Below are positions 36,980 through 46,323 of a stretch of 64,000 bases of DNA, in pieces (position 1 is the first letter of the stretch; every line of letters begins with the position of its first letter). Origin of the DNA: a virus (Duplodnaviria > Caudoviricetes). The notes beneath the pieces were generated by a model. That model did no database searches. It was not told where the DNA came from and saw only the letters and a list, made by a program, of their open reading frames with translations. The stretch is taken from the IMG/VR virus record IMGVR_UViG_3300027730_000005; one strand, given 5' to 3'. The translations under genes were made by a program, and so were the position numbers.

Positions 36980-38548
36980 TCATTTGAGCAAACTCAATGA
37001 TTTTATTCTTGCCAATTGTGTTTCGTAGATGCTGTCGGAGCATTCTGCCAGGCTGTGTACTGGACAGTAATGATTCTCCATAGTGTAATTGCATTCTTTC
37101 ACAGGTTGTTGTGTTTCAAATGTAGATGGATCATCACCTTCTGCTACCGGTGCTACCGGTGCTACTGGTGCAACCTGATCTGGAGGAGGTGCTTCTACTG
37201 GCTCAGGTTGTACTGCTGGTTCCTGCACCGGCACTGGCTCAGCCACTGGCTCTGCTGGTTGTTTTAACGCACTTGACAGTTCAGCAAGTTCAGGTAGGCG
37301 GTCTTCGTTACGGTCAACCCAGGCTTGCACTAGTGGTACTGCATCTGCTGTAGGATCTTCTTGAGCCATTGCTGACAGTTGATCAAACAATACATCATCG
37401 CCGATCAAGTTGAACAATACATCTGTTACATCTTCTGCATCTGGTCCTAGTGGGCGCGGTTGACTCATCCACATTTTGAGTTCATCAATTTGTTCAGGAG
37501 TTTCAGGCACAGCCCATGTTCCTTCAACTAATTTACTTGCCCAAGATTCAAATATGTCAGCTTCTTTCATGGCTTGTGATTCTTTTTGTATACGTGCCAG
37601 CATAGGCAATGCTTGCTCTATTCTAGGATCAATACGTGTTTCAATAAACATTTCACGTAGGTCTTCCACAACCATGTCTGATTCAGTAACCTCTGCGGGT
37701 TGCCAGGATTCAAAATACTTCTCGTATCCACGACTGTTGGCCATGTATTTTAAATTTTGATTAAGCTGCTGGTAGTATTGATTGGTTTCTGTTACCAAGT
37801 TAGCCGCAGATCCTTCGTACACACGACCTTGTTGTGCTCTGCGGAACTGGCTCAAAGTATTAAGTTGACTTACTGTTTCAGATATGTGTTGTCCACGCAG
37901 ATCGTAAGGATTGCCACCTTGACGCACATGTTCTACCATGGCTCGACCACCGGCTAGTTTACGGAATGGCAAACGGAATCGTTCACCCTCGGCAGTTTCA
38001 ATAAACAAACTTTCCACATAGCGATAACGCTTGTCACCTTCTACTATGGGTTTGGAATGCTTGATCATGAGTCTAGCATCCGTTGGCTCACCAGAGTAAC
38101 TGACCTTGCGTGTGCCGTAAAAACTTTCTGTCAGTGCTGCTTGACCAGCTATGGCATACTTGAGTCTGCTGATGTTATCCAAGCTGAATCCACCACGTAC
38201 TTTACTGGTACGGATAGCAAAGTTTTTAAGTTGTTCCAAGAACCCTGTTTGCCCTGTTTCTGGATCACCATACCAGGCTTTTTTATCTTCTGGATCCATG
38301 GTACGACCTAGATTGTCACCAAAGTACACAGTCATGCCGCCATTTTGGTCCATCAGGATTACCATGGTTCCGTAGTTCTTACCAGTGGGTCCTACCCAAT
38401 CAAAACTAAACATGTCTGCTTCGGAGACATCAGGAACTCCGCGATCGTTTACAGCGGGTTTGCCGGTCTTGGTACTGAGTGCGTCAACGTCAAAATCACG
38501 AGTGATTAAGAGATTGTTGAGTTCGCTTGCGATTGAATTTTGTGCCAT
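36980..38548 (-). CDS. Large hypothetical late protein downstream of terminase
   Basis: 522 aa; TAAATA 4 nt before ATG; Pro/Ala/Glu linker near the C-terminus. Confidence 0.8.
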   Translation of the reverse strand: MAQNSIASELNNLLITRDFDVDALSTKTGKPAVNDRGVPDVSEADMFSFDWVGPTGKNYGTMVILMDQNGGMTVYFGDNLGRTMDPEDKKAWYGDPETGQTGFLEQLKNFAIRTSKVRGGFSLDNISRLKYAIAGQAALTESFYGTRKVSYSGEPTDARLMIKHSKPIVEGDKRYRYVESLFIETAEGERFRLPFRKLAGGRAMVEHVRQGGNPYDLRGQHISETVSQLNTLSQFRRAQQGRVYEGSAANLVTETNQYYQQLNQNLKYMANSRGYEKYFESWQPAEVTESDMVVEDLREMFIETRIDPRIEQALPMLARIQKESQAMKEADIFESWASKLVEGTWAVPETPEQIDELKMWMSQPRPLGPDAEDVTDVLFNLIGDDVLFDQLSAMAQEDPTADAVPLVQAWVDRNEDRLPELAELSSALKQPAEPVAEPVPVQEPAVQPEPVEAPPPDQVAPVAPVAPVAEGDDPSTFETQQPVKECNYTMENHYCPVHSLAECSDSIYETQLARIKSLSLLK

Positions 38549-38555
38549 ATAGTAT

Positions 38556-40127
38556 TTACCTCACCATTACAGAGATAAAGGGCATGGGTTCAATCACTTC
38601 TTCTCCATGATCTCGCATCTGTGTGCTTAATTCAGCATAGAAACTTTGCAGTATAGTAAGCATACGAACAGCTAATATAGTGGCCATTATAAGGTCGTCT
38701 GTTTCACCAATTTTGGCGGCATAACTTGTGCCATGTGCCACAAAGTTCTTAAGCTCGCTGATCAAGCTCTTGCTGTTAATGGTCATTCTCCCCGATTCTA
38801 TCAGATTTTTCAATTTACTACAAGCAGCCAACTTGGTTTTGTTTGTGGTGTTAAATCCTTTGCGGAATCTACGTGTACCTGGGCCAGTGGTATCACTAAG
38901 AAAATATCCTTTGATGTTCTCTTCACCCCATTCAGCAATAGAAATCAATGCTGCTTCGCCAATGGTATTGTTTTCTACTGAATAGTAAATGCTTTTCTCA
39001 TCGCCCACAGTATCATATATGTGTTTGATAATATCCTTTAAGATACGTATCTGCTCTGGAATAGGTGTTTTGTTATGTCGCCATTCACCAACTTGACGTG
39101 TGGTGTTGGCTTCAAATATCTGTATAGCGGCGGGGTCTCCACCTGTTCCCAAGCTGGGATCTAATGCCACAACGTACACTTGATCTCGGCGTATGGGTTC
39201 ATACCAACGCACTTGCCCAGTCTTGTGTATAGGATCAATCCCAGTGAGATCTAACAATTTGGCAGGTGCTATTAAAGTCTCATCATTGATAATGAATTCA
39301 CAATTCATCTCACGACGGAATCGATCATCGCCCAACTGCGCTCGCATATTATCGCCCCAGGCTTGATCACGATCTGGATGTTCTTCCCAATAGCTGCGAT
39401 AGGCTTTGAATCCATTCATACCCAGCTCAGTGGGATTGCCATATTCATCTTCACATTTGTTGGCCCCTTTCCACAAGTAAGCAAACTGGTCCTCGTCTGA
39501 ATTGGGGGTTGATGTGATAATAGCTTTACCACCTGTGGCCAGTGTGGGCGATATACTTGTCCAAAACTCTTTGGCAATAGTAGGACGCACATAAGCAAAC
39601 TCGTCGGCGTACAGCAAGGTAATACTCATACCACGACCAGTTGTTTCAGTTGTGGTAGCTGAAACTATTCGGCTACCGTTTTCAAAGTCTATGGATCCTT
39701 TGTTGTAGTTTGTGGCACCTGCTCGTATGTGATCAGGGCACAACTCATAAGCAAATCTTATTCGTTGCATGATCTCTTGAGCGCCGGTGTATTTGTGTGC
39801 TGCTATCAAGATAGTGGAATCAGGTACAAACATAGCGTACCAAAGTATGTAACCTGCTGCTGATGTTGATTTGCCGGTCTGTCGCGGCATCATGGAGATT
39901 GAATATCTGTTGTGATGATATGTATCAATCAGGTTCTTTTGATATTCAAAAGGATGATACAGCATCTTGCCCTGTGTGGGGTGCTGGATATAGAAGAAGT
40001 TGTCCATGAAGTAGTGTGGCCCTGTATCAGGGTCAGCACATTTCAAAAATTCGTCTAGTTCTTCTTCGGTAAATTTCTGACGACGATGTGGTGCCTTGAT
40101 CAGCACCCCTTCAATTGGTTTTGCCAT
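38556..40127 (-). CDS. gp17: Terminase large subunit (T4 gp17 type)
   Basis: RQTGKS, LYADEFA, ITSTPN, nuclease LDPSLG, DDLIMA. Confidence 0.95.
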   Translation of the reverse strand: MAKPIEGVLIKAPHRRQKFTEEELDEFLKCADPDTGPHYFMDNFFYIQHPTQGKMLYHPFEYQKNLIDTYHHNRYSISMMPRQTGKSTSAAGYILWYAMFVPDSTILIAAHKYTGAQEIMQRIRFAYELCPDHIRAGATNYNKGSIDFENGSRIVSATTTETTGRGMSITLLYADEFAYVRPTIAKEFWTSISPTLATGGKAIITSTPNSDEDQFAYLWKGANKCEDEYGNPTELGMNGFKAYRSYWEEHPDRDQAWGDNMRAQLGDDRFRREMNCEFIINDETLIAPAKLLDLTGIDPIHKTGQVRWYEPIRRDQVYVVALDPSLGTGGDPAAIQIFEANTTRQVGEWRHNKTPIPEQIRILKDIIKHIYDTVGDEKSIYYSVENNTIGEAALISIAEWGEENIKGYFLSDTTGPGTRRFRKGFNTTNKTKLAACSKLKNLIESGRMTINSKSLISELKNFVAHGTSYAAKIGETDDLIMATILAVRMLTILQSFYAELSTQMRDHGEEVIEPMPFISVMVR

Positions 40128-40172
40128 AGTCAGTTAGTTATGCCGAATTTATTCAGATCGGCCTTATTCGGT

Positions 40173-40610
40173 CTAATTACACCAGCTTTGCTTTGCTTCG
40201 CCATAATACTCACGTGCAAATCCATTGGCTATCAACATACTGCGTAGGCTTTGTCCGTTTAGGATCACATCCCCCAACACACGCCCGCCATACTTGTCCC
40301 AATCAATCAATGCAATTTGTCTTGTAGTAGATGTAGAAATTACATTCTTGGTAAATGCAGACGCAGCTTCGCCGCGAGCAGCTTCTGAGGGGCATTCTGC
40401 ACGGAATCCTTTTTCAGGTGTATCAACTCCATACACACGGATACTAAGTTCTTTTTTGAGTGGTGCAGGCAAAAAGTCTGCTTGGAATGCCACCGTGTCA
40501 CCGTCAATCACTCGGGTGATCACAGCATCGTAAATCACGCTAGGACGTTGTTTGGGTTGTGCTATAACTAGTGCAGGCACGATCAGAAAGAGTAGGAATA
40601 GTTTTTTCAT
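40173..40610 (-). CDS. SNase/thermonuclease-family nuclease with signal peptide
   Basis: MKKLFLLFLIVPALVIA; RVIDGDT, IRVYGVDTPE, DKYGGRVLG. Confidence 0.88.
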   Translation of the reverse strand: MKKLFLLFLIVPALVIAQPKQRPSVIYDAVITRVIDGDTVAFQADFLPAPLKKELSIRVYGVDTPEKGFRAECPSEAARGEAASAFTKNVISTSTTRQIALIDWDKYGGRVLGDVILNGQSLRSMLIANGFAREYYGEAKQSWCN

Positions 40611-40611
40611 G

Positions 40612-41220
40612 TCATGCTATTTGATATGTGCCCGAGATATCAAAGTGTGCGCCTGCTTGCCAGGCGCCTGTGGCTGGAGTGTTGAATTTCCAAACTAGAT
40701 CAGAGACGCTACCAGAATAATACAGTTTCATCACTGTAGGGCTGTCGCTGATGTCTGTGATGCCAGCAATATGGTATAAGGCAGGAGAACCAGCACCTGC
40801 TGTTTGATGCAGGCTGCCGCCGGCCAGTCTAAATGTGTTTATTGCTGGCGTGGGCAATGTTATCTGATATCCTGTGCTGCCAAAGTTGGTAACTCCTGTA
40901 AAATCAATATATACATGTATAAACATCAAAGGACCCATGCGCACATAGGATGCTGTGACAGTACCTCCAGCAAATGTACCCGATCCGTCAGTAAATTGCG
41001 GGTTGAATGTTGTGCTGCTGGTAACGCCAGATCCGTATGCGACCAAATTTAGATTTCCATTGACGTTGCCCACATAGATATCTTGTGTGAGTTGGTTGAC
41101 TACTAATTCACTTGGGCGAGCAACGCCATTGTAGTCAGCAATGGTCTCTTGAGCATTGTCTTTCATTACTGCACGGCTTATGCCGGTGATATCATCATAG
41201 GGTGGTGGTGGATTTGCCAT
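40612..41220 (-). CDS. Small fibre/decoration protein
   Basis: N-terminal ELVV...IYVG anchor-like motif; C-terminal YVRMGPLMFIHV receptor-binding-type beta domain. Confidence 0.55.
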   Translation of the reverse strand: MANPPPPYDDITGISRAVMKDNAQETIADYNGVARPSELVVNQLTQDIYVGNVNGNLNLVAYGSGVTSSTTFNPQFTDGSGTFAGGTVTASYVRMGPLMFIHVYIDFTGVTNFGSTGYQITLPTPAINTFRLAGGSLHQTAGAGSPALYHIAGITDISDSPTVMKLYYSGSVSDLVWKFNTPATGAWQAGAHFDISGTYQIA

Positions 41221-41258
41221 AGTCGTTTATTTAGCAAACATTGTTTAATGCTAGAATC

Positions 41259-42170
41259 CTAAAAGAACGCAAAGAAGTTTCCAGCATATCCGCCCACAGG
41301 CGCTGGCGGTGCAGTAAATATCCAGCCAAGATTGTTGCTGACATTGGTTGATGTTGTGCCTGCATACCACGCTGCACCGCCAGTGGCATTGGAATCTCGG
41401 ATACTTAAAAAACCAACACTCACCGTGCCCGATGATTTGCTCAATGTGGCCCGAGTGGCTGCGATACTGCTGTTGATCGTGACCAAACTGCCCAATACCC
41501 CTGACAAAGTAAAATCAGCGAATGTCTGTGTAGAACTTGCTGTAAAAGTAATCGTGCTGGGTCTTGTGGTTGCTGTTAGATCAGCAAATGAATTATTGCC
41601 CGATATGGTCAATGCACCAGCACCGCCTTGATTCAGCGTTGAGAACGAACCGCTGCCGCCGGCAAATGTTTTTGCTGTGGCCGCTGTCATACTGATAATC
41701 AATCCACCGGGGTCAAACACTGCCACATTGTTGGTACCGTCAACCCCCACAGTGACATTGCCGTTTGCACTCACTATGGACACATTGCTTGTGCCATTGC
41801 TGATGTTGGACACATTGCCGCCGCTGCCACCTGAAATGGTAATAGTTACCGTATTACCCACGTTAGAAGCAACAACACCTGCACCTACAAAATTAAAACT
41901 GCTGACATTAGAGGTCAATAAAGACCCTTGATTAGACACAGAAATATTAGCAGTTGAATTGGCACCGCCACCGACCATTATACCGCCAGGTGTGTTACCG
42001 TTGCTGTAGTAGAACGCATTGGAAACAGGGTTCCACCAGATGCGTCCCTCTTGACCTACATAAGCAGCAGCATTGGCTTCAGCTTCTTGAACATTTCCCT
42101 GTGTGAAGTTATCACGACTGGTAAAAAGTTTTTGTATGTATACTGAATCGTTAGTATTGCCGGTACTCAT
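41259..42170 (-). CDS. Gly/Ser/Asn/Thr-rich virion protein
   Basis: YVGQEGRIWW..YYSNGNTPGG N-terminus; beta-helix-like C-terminus ending NLGWIF...FFAFF. Confidence 0.6.
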   Translation of the reverse strand: MSTGNTNDSVYIQKLFTSRDNFTQGNVQEAEANAAAYVGQEGRIWWNPVSNAFYYSNGNTPGGIMVGGGANSTANISVSNQGSLLTSNVSSFNFVGAGVVASNVGNTVTITISGGSGGNVSNISNGTSNVSIVSANGNVTVGVDGTNNVAVFDPGGLIISMTAATAKTFAGGSGSFSTLNQGGAGALTISGNNSFADLTATTRPSTITFTASSTQTFADFTLSGVLGSLVTINSSIAATRATLSKSSGTVSVGFLSIRDSNATGGAAWYAGTTSTNVSNNLGWIFTAPPAPVGGYAGNFFAFF

Positions 42171-42179
42171 TGTGGCTCT

Positions 42180-42548
42180 TTAGTCGTCTACGGAACCGTC
42201 TCCGCCAGCATCAACTTGTAAAAGAGACGCTATTCTGCGGCGCAGTTGATTCATATCATCCTCGCTGTGAATTTGCGTTGTAGAGTATTCCTGTTGTGTT
42301 TCTGCATTGTTGTTACTTTGGCTAAGACTCAAATGATGTGCAGGAACACAACCGTCTTGATCAGGAACATTTGGCGAGTAGATGTTGTTTACATCCACTG
42401 CTTTTTTTAATAGTTCTAATTTGAGTTGCAATGGTGGAACAAATCGTTGAGGTGCTAGATCACCTTCATTGCTGCCACTTTCCGCTGATGATTGTCGTTC
42501 CAGATCAATCACATCGGCCAAGTTTCTTAAAAGTTCAGCAATTTTCAT
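42180..42548 (-). CDS. Hypothetical protein
   Basis: MKIAELLRNLAD; FVPPLQLKLELLKK. Confidence 0.7.
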   Translation of the reverse strand: MKIAELLRNLADVIDLERQSSAESGSNEGDLAPQRFVPPLQLKLELLKKAVDVNNIYSPNVPDQDGCVPAHHLSLSQSNNNAETQQEYSTTQIHSEDDMNQLRRRIASLLQVDAGGDGSVDD

Positions 42549-42555
42549 AATATGA

Positions 42556-42939
42556 TTACCTTGGATAACCGTTGAAGGCTTTTACAGGACTTTGATGATT
42601 TACCAATGAAGGCTCTAAGCTGTTTGGCGTGCTTACTTGTATTTTTTTACTAGGTAGTCCTGCCATTTTTAACGCTTGATCAATTACTGGTTCAACGGAA
42701 TTATCAAACCCAGCCACAACTGCATGCTCGCCAAATGCTGTCTCTGCTGTCCAGACTGGCATGTTGGGGATTTTGTCTGTGCCAGCATCGCTTCTAGCAC
42801 GGGCCATAGCTACACCAAATCTATATATCTGATACGGATCGGAGGAATTTACACCAGGCAACACAAACACATGATTCATAGGATCTGCTTGCTCTGACGG
42901 TAAATTTTTTTCTTCAGTAATAAACTCTCGGGCTCTCAT
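42556..42939 (-). CDS. Probable internal head protein (paralogue of 42936..43304)
   Basis: MRAREFITE resembles T4 internal-protein capsid-targeting sequence; ends SPVKAFNGYPR. Confidence 0.6.
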   Translation of the reverse strand: MRAREFITEEKNLPSEQADPMNHVFVLPGVNSSDPYQIYRFGVAMARARSDAGTDKIPNMPVWTAETAFGEHAVVAGFDNSVEPVIDQALKMAGLPSKKIQVSTPNSLEPSLVNHQSPVKAFNGYPR

Positions 42940-43304
42940 CTAGGATATCCTTTGAATCCTTTTACAGGACTCACTGTGCTGGTGCTGGGTATTTCTTGAC
43001 TGCGAAGATCACCTTTGTTGAGATCCCGGAAGTCAGTTCCTACGGCCTTGTAGGCCAGTTTCAACATGTCAGCTTCTATTGGTGTGTAAGGTGCAGCGAT
43101 GTCATTCCTCCCAGCCCAGGATTCACCGTCTATGTCCGGAGGAGTGACTCCATCTGTGCTGGCCACTGCCATCATAACACGATTTAATACATACGCTCGA
43201 TCTGCTACATCAGAAAATTTGTGTAATCCCACAGTGGCAAAACTTTTTGTTTTGCTGAGTCGGCCTACTTTTTGACCTTCTGATATAAACTCACTGGCTC
43301 GCAT
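42936..43304 (-). CDS. Probable internal head protein (paralogue of 42556..42939)
   Basis: MRASEFISE; ends SPVKGFKGYPR. Confidence 0.6.
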   Translation of the reverse strand: MRASEFISEGQKVGRLSKTKSFATVGLHKFSDVADRAYVLNRVMMAVASTDGVTPPDIDGESWAGRNDIAAPYTPIEADMLKLAYKAVGTDFRDLNKGDLRSQEIPSTSTVSPVKGFKGYPR

Positions 43305-43305
43305 A

Positions 43306-43629
43306 TTAGATACCGTTCAATCCTGCTGTAGCAGATGAGGCTGTGCCCAGTGCTGTGGCGCTGAATTCTGTTCCTGTGATGATGTTTAAATAGTTTCCTG
43401 CACCAACATAGTATTGTTGTACAGTATTACCTGGAACCACAATAGCGTTGGCATACAAGTTTCCCGTAGGTGTGGTCATTGTGGCATTTGCCACAACACC
43501 ATTGGCCTGTACATAGGTCAACTGCACTACTGAAACTTGAAAAGTCACGTTTGCAGTAGTGGTAGAAATTTCCACTTTGTCTGTGGTCCAGGCCACATTG
43601 CTCACAGCGTTAACAACTTGAATAGCCAT
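43306..43629 (-). CDS. Small beta-rich probable virion protein
   Basis: 107 aa, Ala/Thr/Val/Asn-rich, in late cluster. Confidence 0.65.
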   Translation of the reverse strand: MAIQVVNAVSNVAWTTDKVEISTTTANVTFQVSVVQLTYVQANGVVANATMTTPTGNLYANAIVVPGNTVQQYYVGAGNYLNIITGTEFSATALGTASSATAGLNGI

Positions 43630-43808
43630 TATTTGTTATCCTTATTTAGATCTGACACATCCACAGGGCGGAACAGATTTGTGGTTTGACTGAACACTCC
43701 TGGAATCATAGCAGGTTGATTACGCACTTCTGAAGGGGTAGGTGCTGGCGGATGTCTTTCCGCCAGTCTACTCATGGTCTCTGCGTAAGTTTGAAATTGT
43801 GTGCTCAT
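43629..43808 (-). CDS. Small hypothetical protein
   Basis: Track ORF 43629..43829; likely start MSTQFQ just after the 43810 stop. Confidence 0.55.
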   Translation of the reverse strand: MSTQFQTYAETMSRLAERHPPAPTPSEVRNQPAMIPGVFSQTTNLFRPVDVSDLNKDNK

Positions 43809-43809
43809 A

Positions 43810-46320
43810 TTATCTAGAGATTCCAGCAATTTCCATCATACGGCGCAGTTCGTGATCACCTTCATATGTGTGTTGACGGTCTTCTTGGCTGGCCAACACT
43901 GGTACAGTTGATTGCCCTGTTGACTTAGGGCCATTTAACCCACCACTATACATCATAGCGTCATCTGTTCCTACTTCATCAGTGGGATAGTCTGGTTCGT
44001 TGTCTGTAGCATCAGTATCGCCATATGCTTCATTCATCTCATCGCATTCGCAATCTGAAGAACCGTATGCAGGGCATGGCTCGTCGCCGTGATCGTGATC
44101 CATGTCATGGATAGCATCCATTTCAGAATCAGTGTCAGTCATGCTATGAATATCACCACCGTGATCTTGAGAACCAATACCAGCTGATTTCAACAGCATG
44201 GCCAATTGCATTGCATCTTCGTCTGTGGCAGTAACTGTGAGGGTGTGTGCAGGACCGCCGTGACTGTCGTTGTTCATGCTCATGTTTATGCTCATGGATT
44301 CAGCAATCATTTTTTCAACTTCACGATTCAAGCTGTCGTAGATACCTTTTCCGTAACTTACACCGCCGCCGGACTTGGGTGCAGCAGCACCACTGGTTGC
44401 TACAGAACCAGAACTAGTAGTTTCATCTACTTCTTTCTTCTTGTCTTTTTTCTCGTCGTACTCAATATCTTTAGTAACTTTACGACCAGCACGTTCTGCT
44501 TTGTTATCTTCGCTGCCACGACGTTGGCCGTGAATGCCATCTTTTTCTTTTTCGTCGTACTCAATGTCCTTGGCTACTTTCTTACCAGCTTTCTCGGCAT
44601 GACTGTCACGAGTGTCAGTTGACTCTTCTTCAACCGATTTCTTACGAGCCTTTCCACTGGAGTTGGGCTTGTCTTTTTTCTCGTCGTACTCGATATCTTT
44701 AGTAACTTTACGACCAGCACGTTCTGCTTTGTTGTCTTCGCTGCCACGACGTTGGCCGTGAATACCATCTTTTTTCTTTTCGTCGTATTCAATATCTTTG
44801 GCTACTCGACGTCCAGCACGTTCAGCACGATTGTCACGTTTGTTAGTGGATTCTTCGTCCATTTTCATTTCGTCGTCTTGCTGATTCTGCATGTAGTCAT
44901 CCACCGCAGTCATCATGCTTTCAATTTTGGCCAACTTGGATTGAACCCATTCAGGCAAGTTGTCGTTGTCGCCAAGAATCTTTTCTAAGGCCATTGCATG
45001 ACGCACAACAGTTTGGATACTGTCTTTGGCCATTGAACCTTCTTGATCGTATTCACCCTGATCTTCTGGATCCATGTCACCTTCTCTGGTCATTAATTTG
45101 GATTTCCCAGTATTGATTTTGGCACCAATCTTTTTACCCATTCCGGCACCAACTGTGCGTCGGCCAGCTTGTCCACTTCTTGGCGCATCATCAGCACCCA
45201 CATCATGGCCAGCACCGCTGTAACTCTTGCCTGCGTGATGACGGGTCACACCTGGGCGGGTGGTATCAATTCTACCACCTGTGCTCGATTTGCGGCTAAA
45301 GGGATCGTCATCCATGGATCCTTCATCCATGTCACGAGTGCGACTTTGGATGGCTTTTTTCATGGCATTGGCTGCTACATCGCCTAACATTTCGTCAACT
45401 TCTTTTTTGGCGCCAACAATCTTGTCGGCAAAAGTGATCTTGTCCACAGGAGGTGCTAGTTTAGCAAATCTCTGTTGATTGGGTGTCATCGGCATGCCAC
45501 CTTCTTTCATTGCAGGATTAGTTGGTCCTGGAGTACTAGGACTCCAACGCTTGCCTTTGTTTGGGCCTGACGTTACAATAGGATATTGGCCGTCTTTGCC
45601 TTTTAGAGGAGGCGCTGTAGCACCATCTGGATTCATTGGAGCCATACCTTGCTGGGCCTCTCCTATTTCAAGTTCGCCACGGCGAGCCATTCGGTTTTGT
45701 AATTTATCCAATTGGCCTGACTTTAACCGACTGTCAAGTTGTGGCAGCATTTGGGCAAGAACAGCAGTATCCATTTCAATATCGAATCGATCTGACAGTA
45801 TCTTTTGCCAATTTAATATTCTTCTCTTCTGTGGTGTTCCCAGTGGAGCCATGACTACTGCTTTTAGATATGCCATTGCTAAATCTGTTTTGTTTGCTCC
45901 CATGCCTTCCGCCACACCTTGTTCTCTCACTGGATATTGTTTACCACCAACTTGGATTTTTTCACCAGGTTGAATACCATCTCTTTTGGCATCAACCACT
46001 GCTTTGCTAAAAGCGTTGCCTTCGTCGGTCACGCTTTCTTCAGTAGGGTGACGCAGTTTGTTCAACACAGCACCTGCCACACGCTTACCAGCTTCTGCAC
46101 TGCCATACTTCTTGGCAGCACCGGCAGCAATCTTGCTAAAGTTTTTGCCTGGCTTGCCAATGTCTTTACCAGCAGCAGCTTTCTTAGCTGAATAATCAGC
46201 AGCAGCTTCTGTCAACTTGCTCTTGGGTGCAGGAGCAGGTACTGAACCCTCTCTAAGCTGTTGCTTATCAGCCAAGTCGGCCATCTTTTTGTTTAAATCG
46301 TAGAAAAAATAATCGCTCAT
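43810..46320 (-). CDS. Large low-complexity modular head-core/polyprotein-like protein
   Basis: 836 aa, highly charged; many (L/I/V/M)xE motifs; internal 76-aa duplication. Confidence 0.7.
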   Translation of the reverse strand: MSDYFFYDLNKKMADLADKQQLREGSVPAPAPKSKLTEAAADYSAKKAAAGKDIGKPGKNFSKIAAGAAKKYGSAEAGKRVAGAVLNKLRHPTEESVTDEGNAFSKAVVDAKRDGIQPGEKIQVGGKQYPVREQGVAEGMGANKTDLAMAYLKAVVMAPLGTPQKRRILNWQKILSDRFDIEMDTAVLAQMLPQLDSRLKSGQLDKLQNRMARRGELEIGEAQQGMAPMNPDGATAPPLKGKDGQYPIVTSGPNKGKRWSPSTPGPTNPAMKEGGMPMTPNQQRFAKLAPPVDKITFADKIVGAKKEVDEMLGDVAANAMKKAIQSRTRDMDEGSMDDDPFSRKSSTGGRIDTTRPGVTRHHAGKSYSGAGHDVGADDAPRSGQAGRRTVGAGMGKKIGAKINTGKSKLMTREGDMDPEDQGEYDQEGSMAKDSIQTVVRHAMALEKILGDNDNLPEWVQSKLAKIESMMTAVDDYMQNQQDDEMKMDEESTNKRDNRAERAGRRVAKDIEYDEKKKDGIHGQRRGSEDNKAERAGRKVTKDIEYDEKKDKPNSSGKARKKSVEEESTDTRDSHAEKAGKKVAKDIEYDEKEKDGIHGQRRGSEDNKAERAGRKVTKDIEYDEKKDKKKEVDETTSSGSVATSGAAAPKSGGGVSYGKGIYDSLNREVEKMIAESMSINMSMNNDSHGGPAHTLTVTATDEDAMQLAMLLKSAGIGSQDHGGDIHSMTDTDSEMDAIHDMDHDHGDEPCPAYGSSDCECDEMNEAYGDTDATDNEPDYPTDEVGTDDAMMYSGGLNGPKSTGQSTVPVLASQEDRQHTYEGDHELRRMMEIAGISR
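44441..44857 (-). repeat. Intragenic duplication, 228-nt period, four copies of AE(R/K)AG(R/K)(R/K)V(A/T)KDIEYDEK
   Basis: 44441-44580 nearly identical to 44669-44810. Confidence 0.95.
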
Positions 46321-46323
46321 GGT

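Noticed and set aside
8712-40127. Inteins or introns in helicase, UvsW, UvsX or terminase
   Set aside because: Lengths are ordinary, motifs are contiguous, and no splice-junction motifs were seen.
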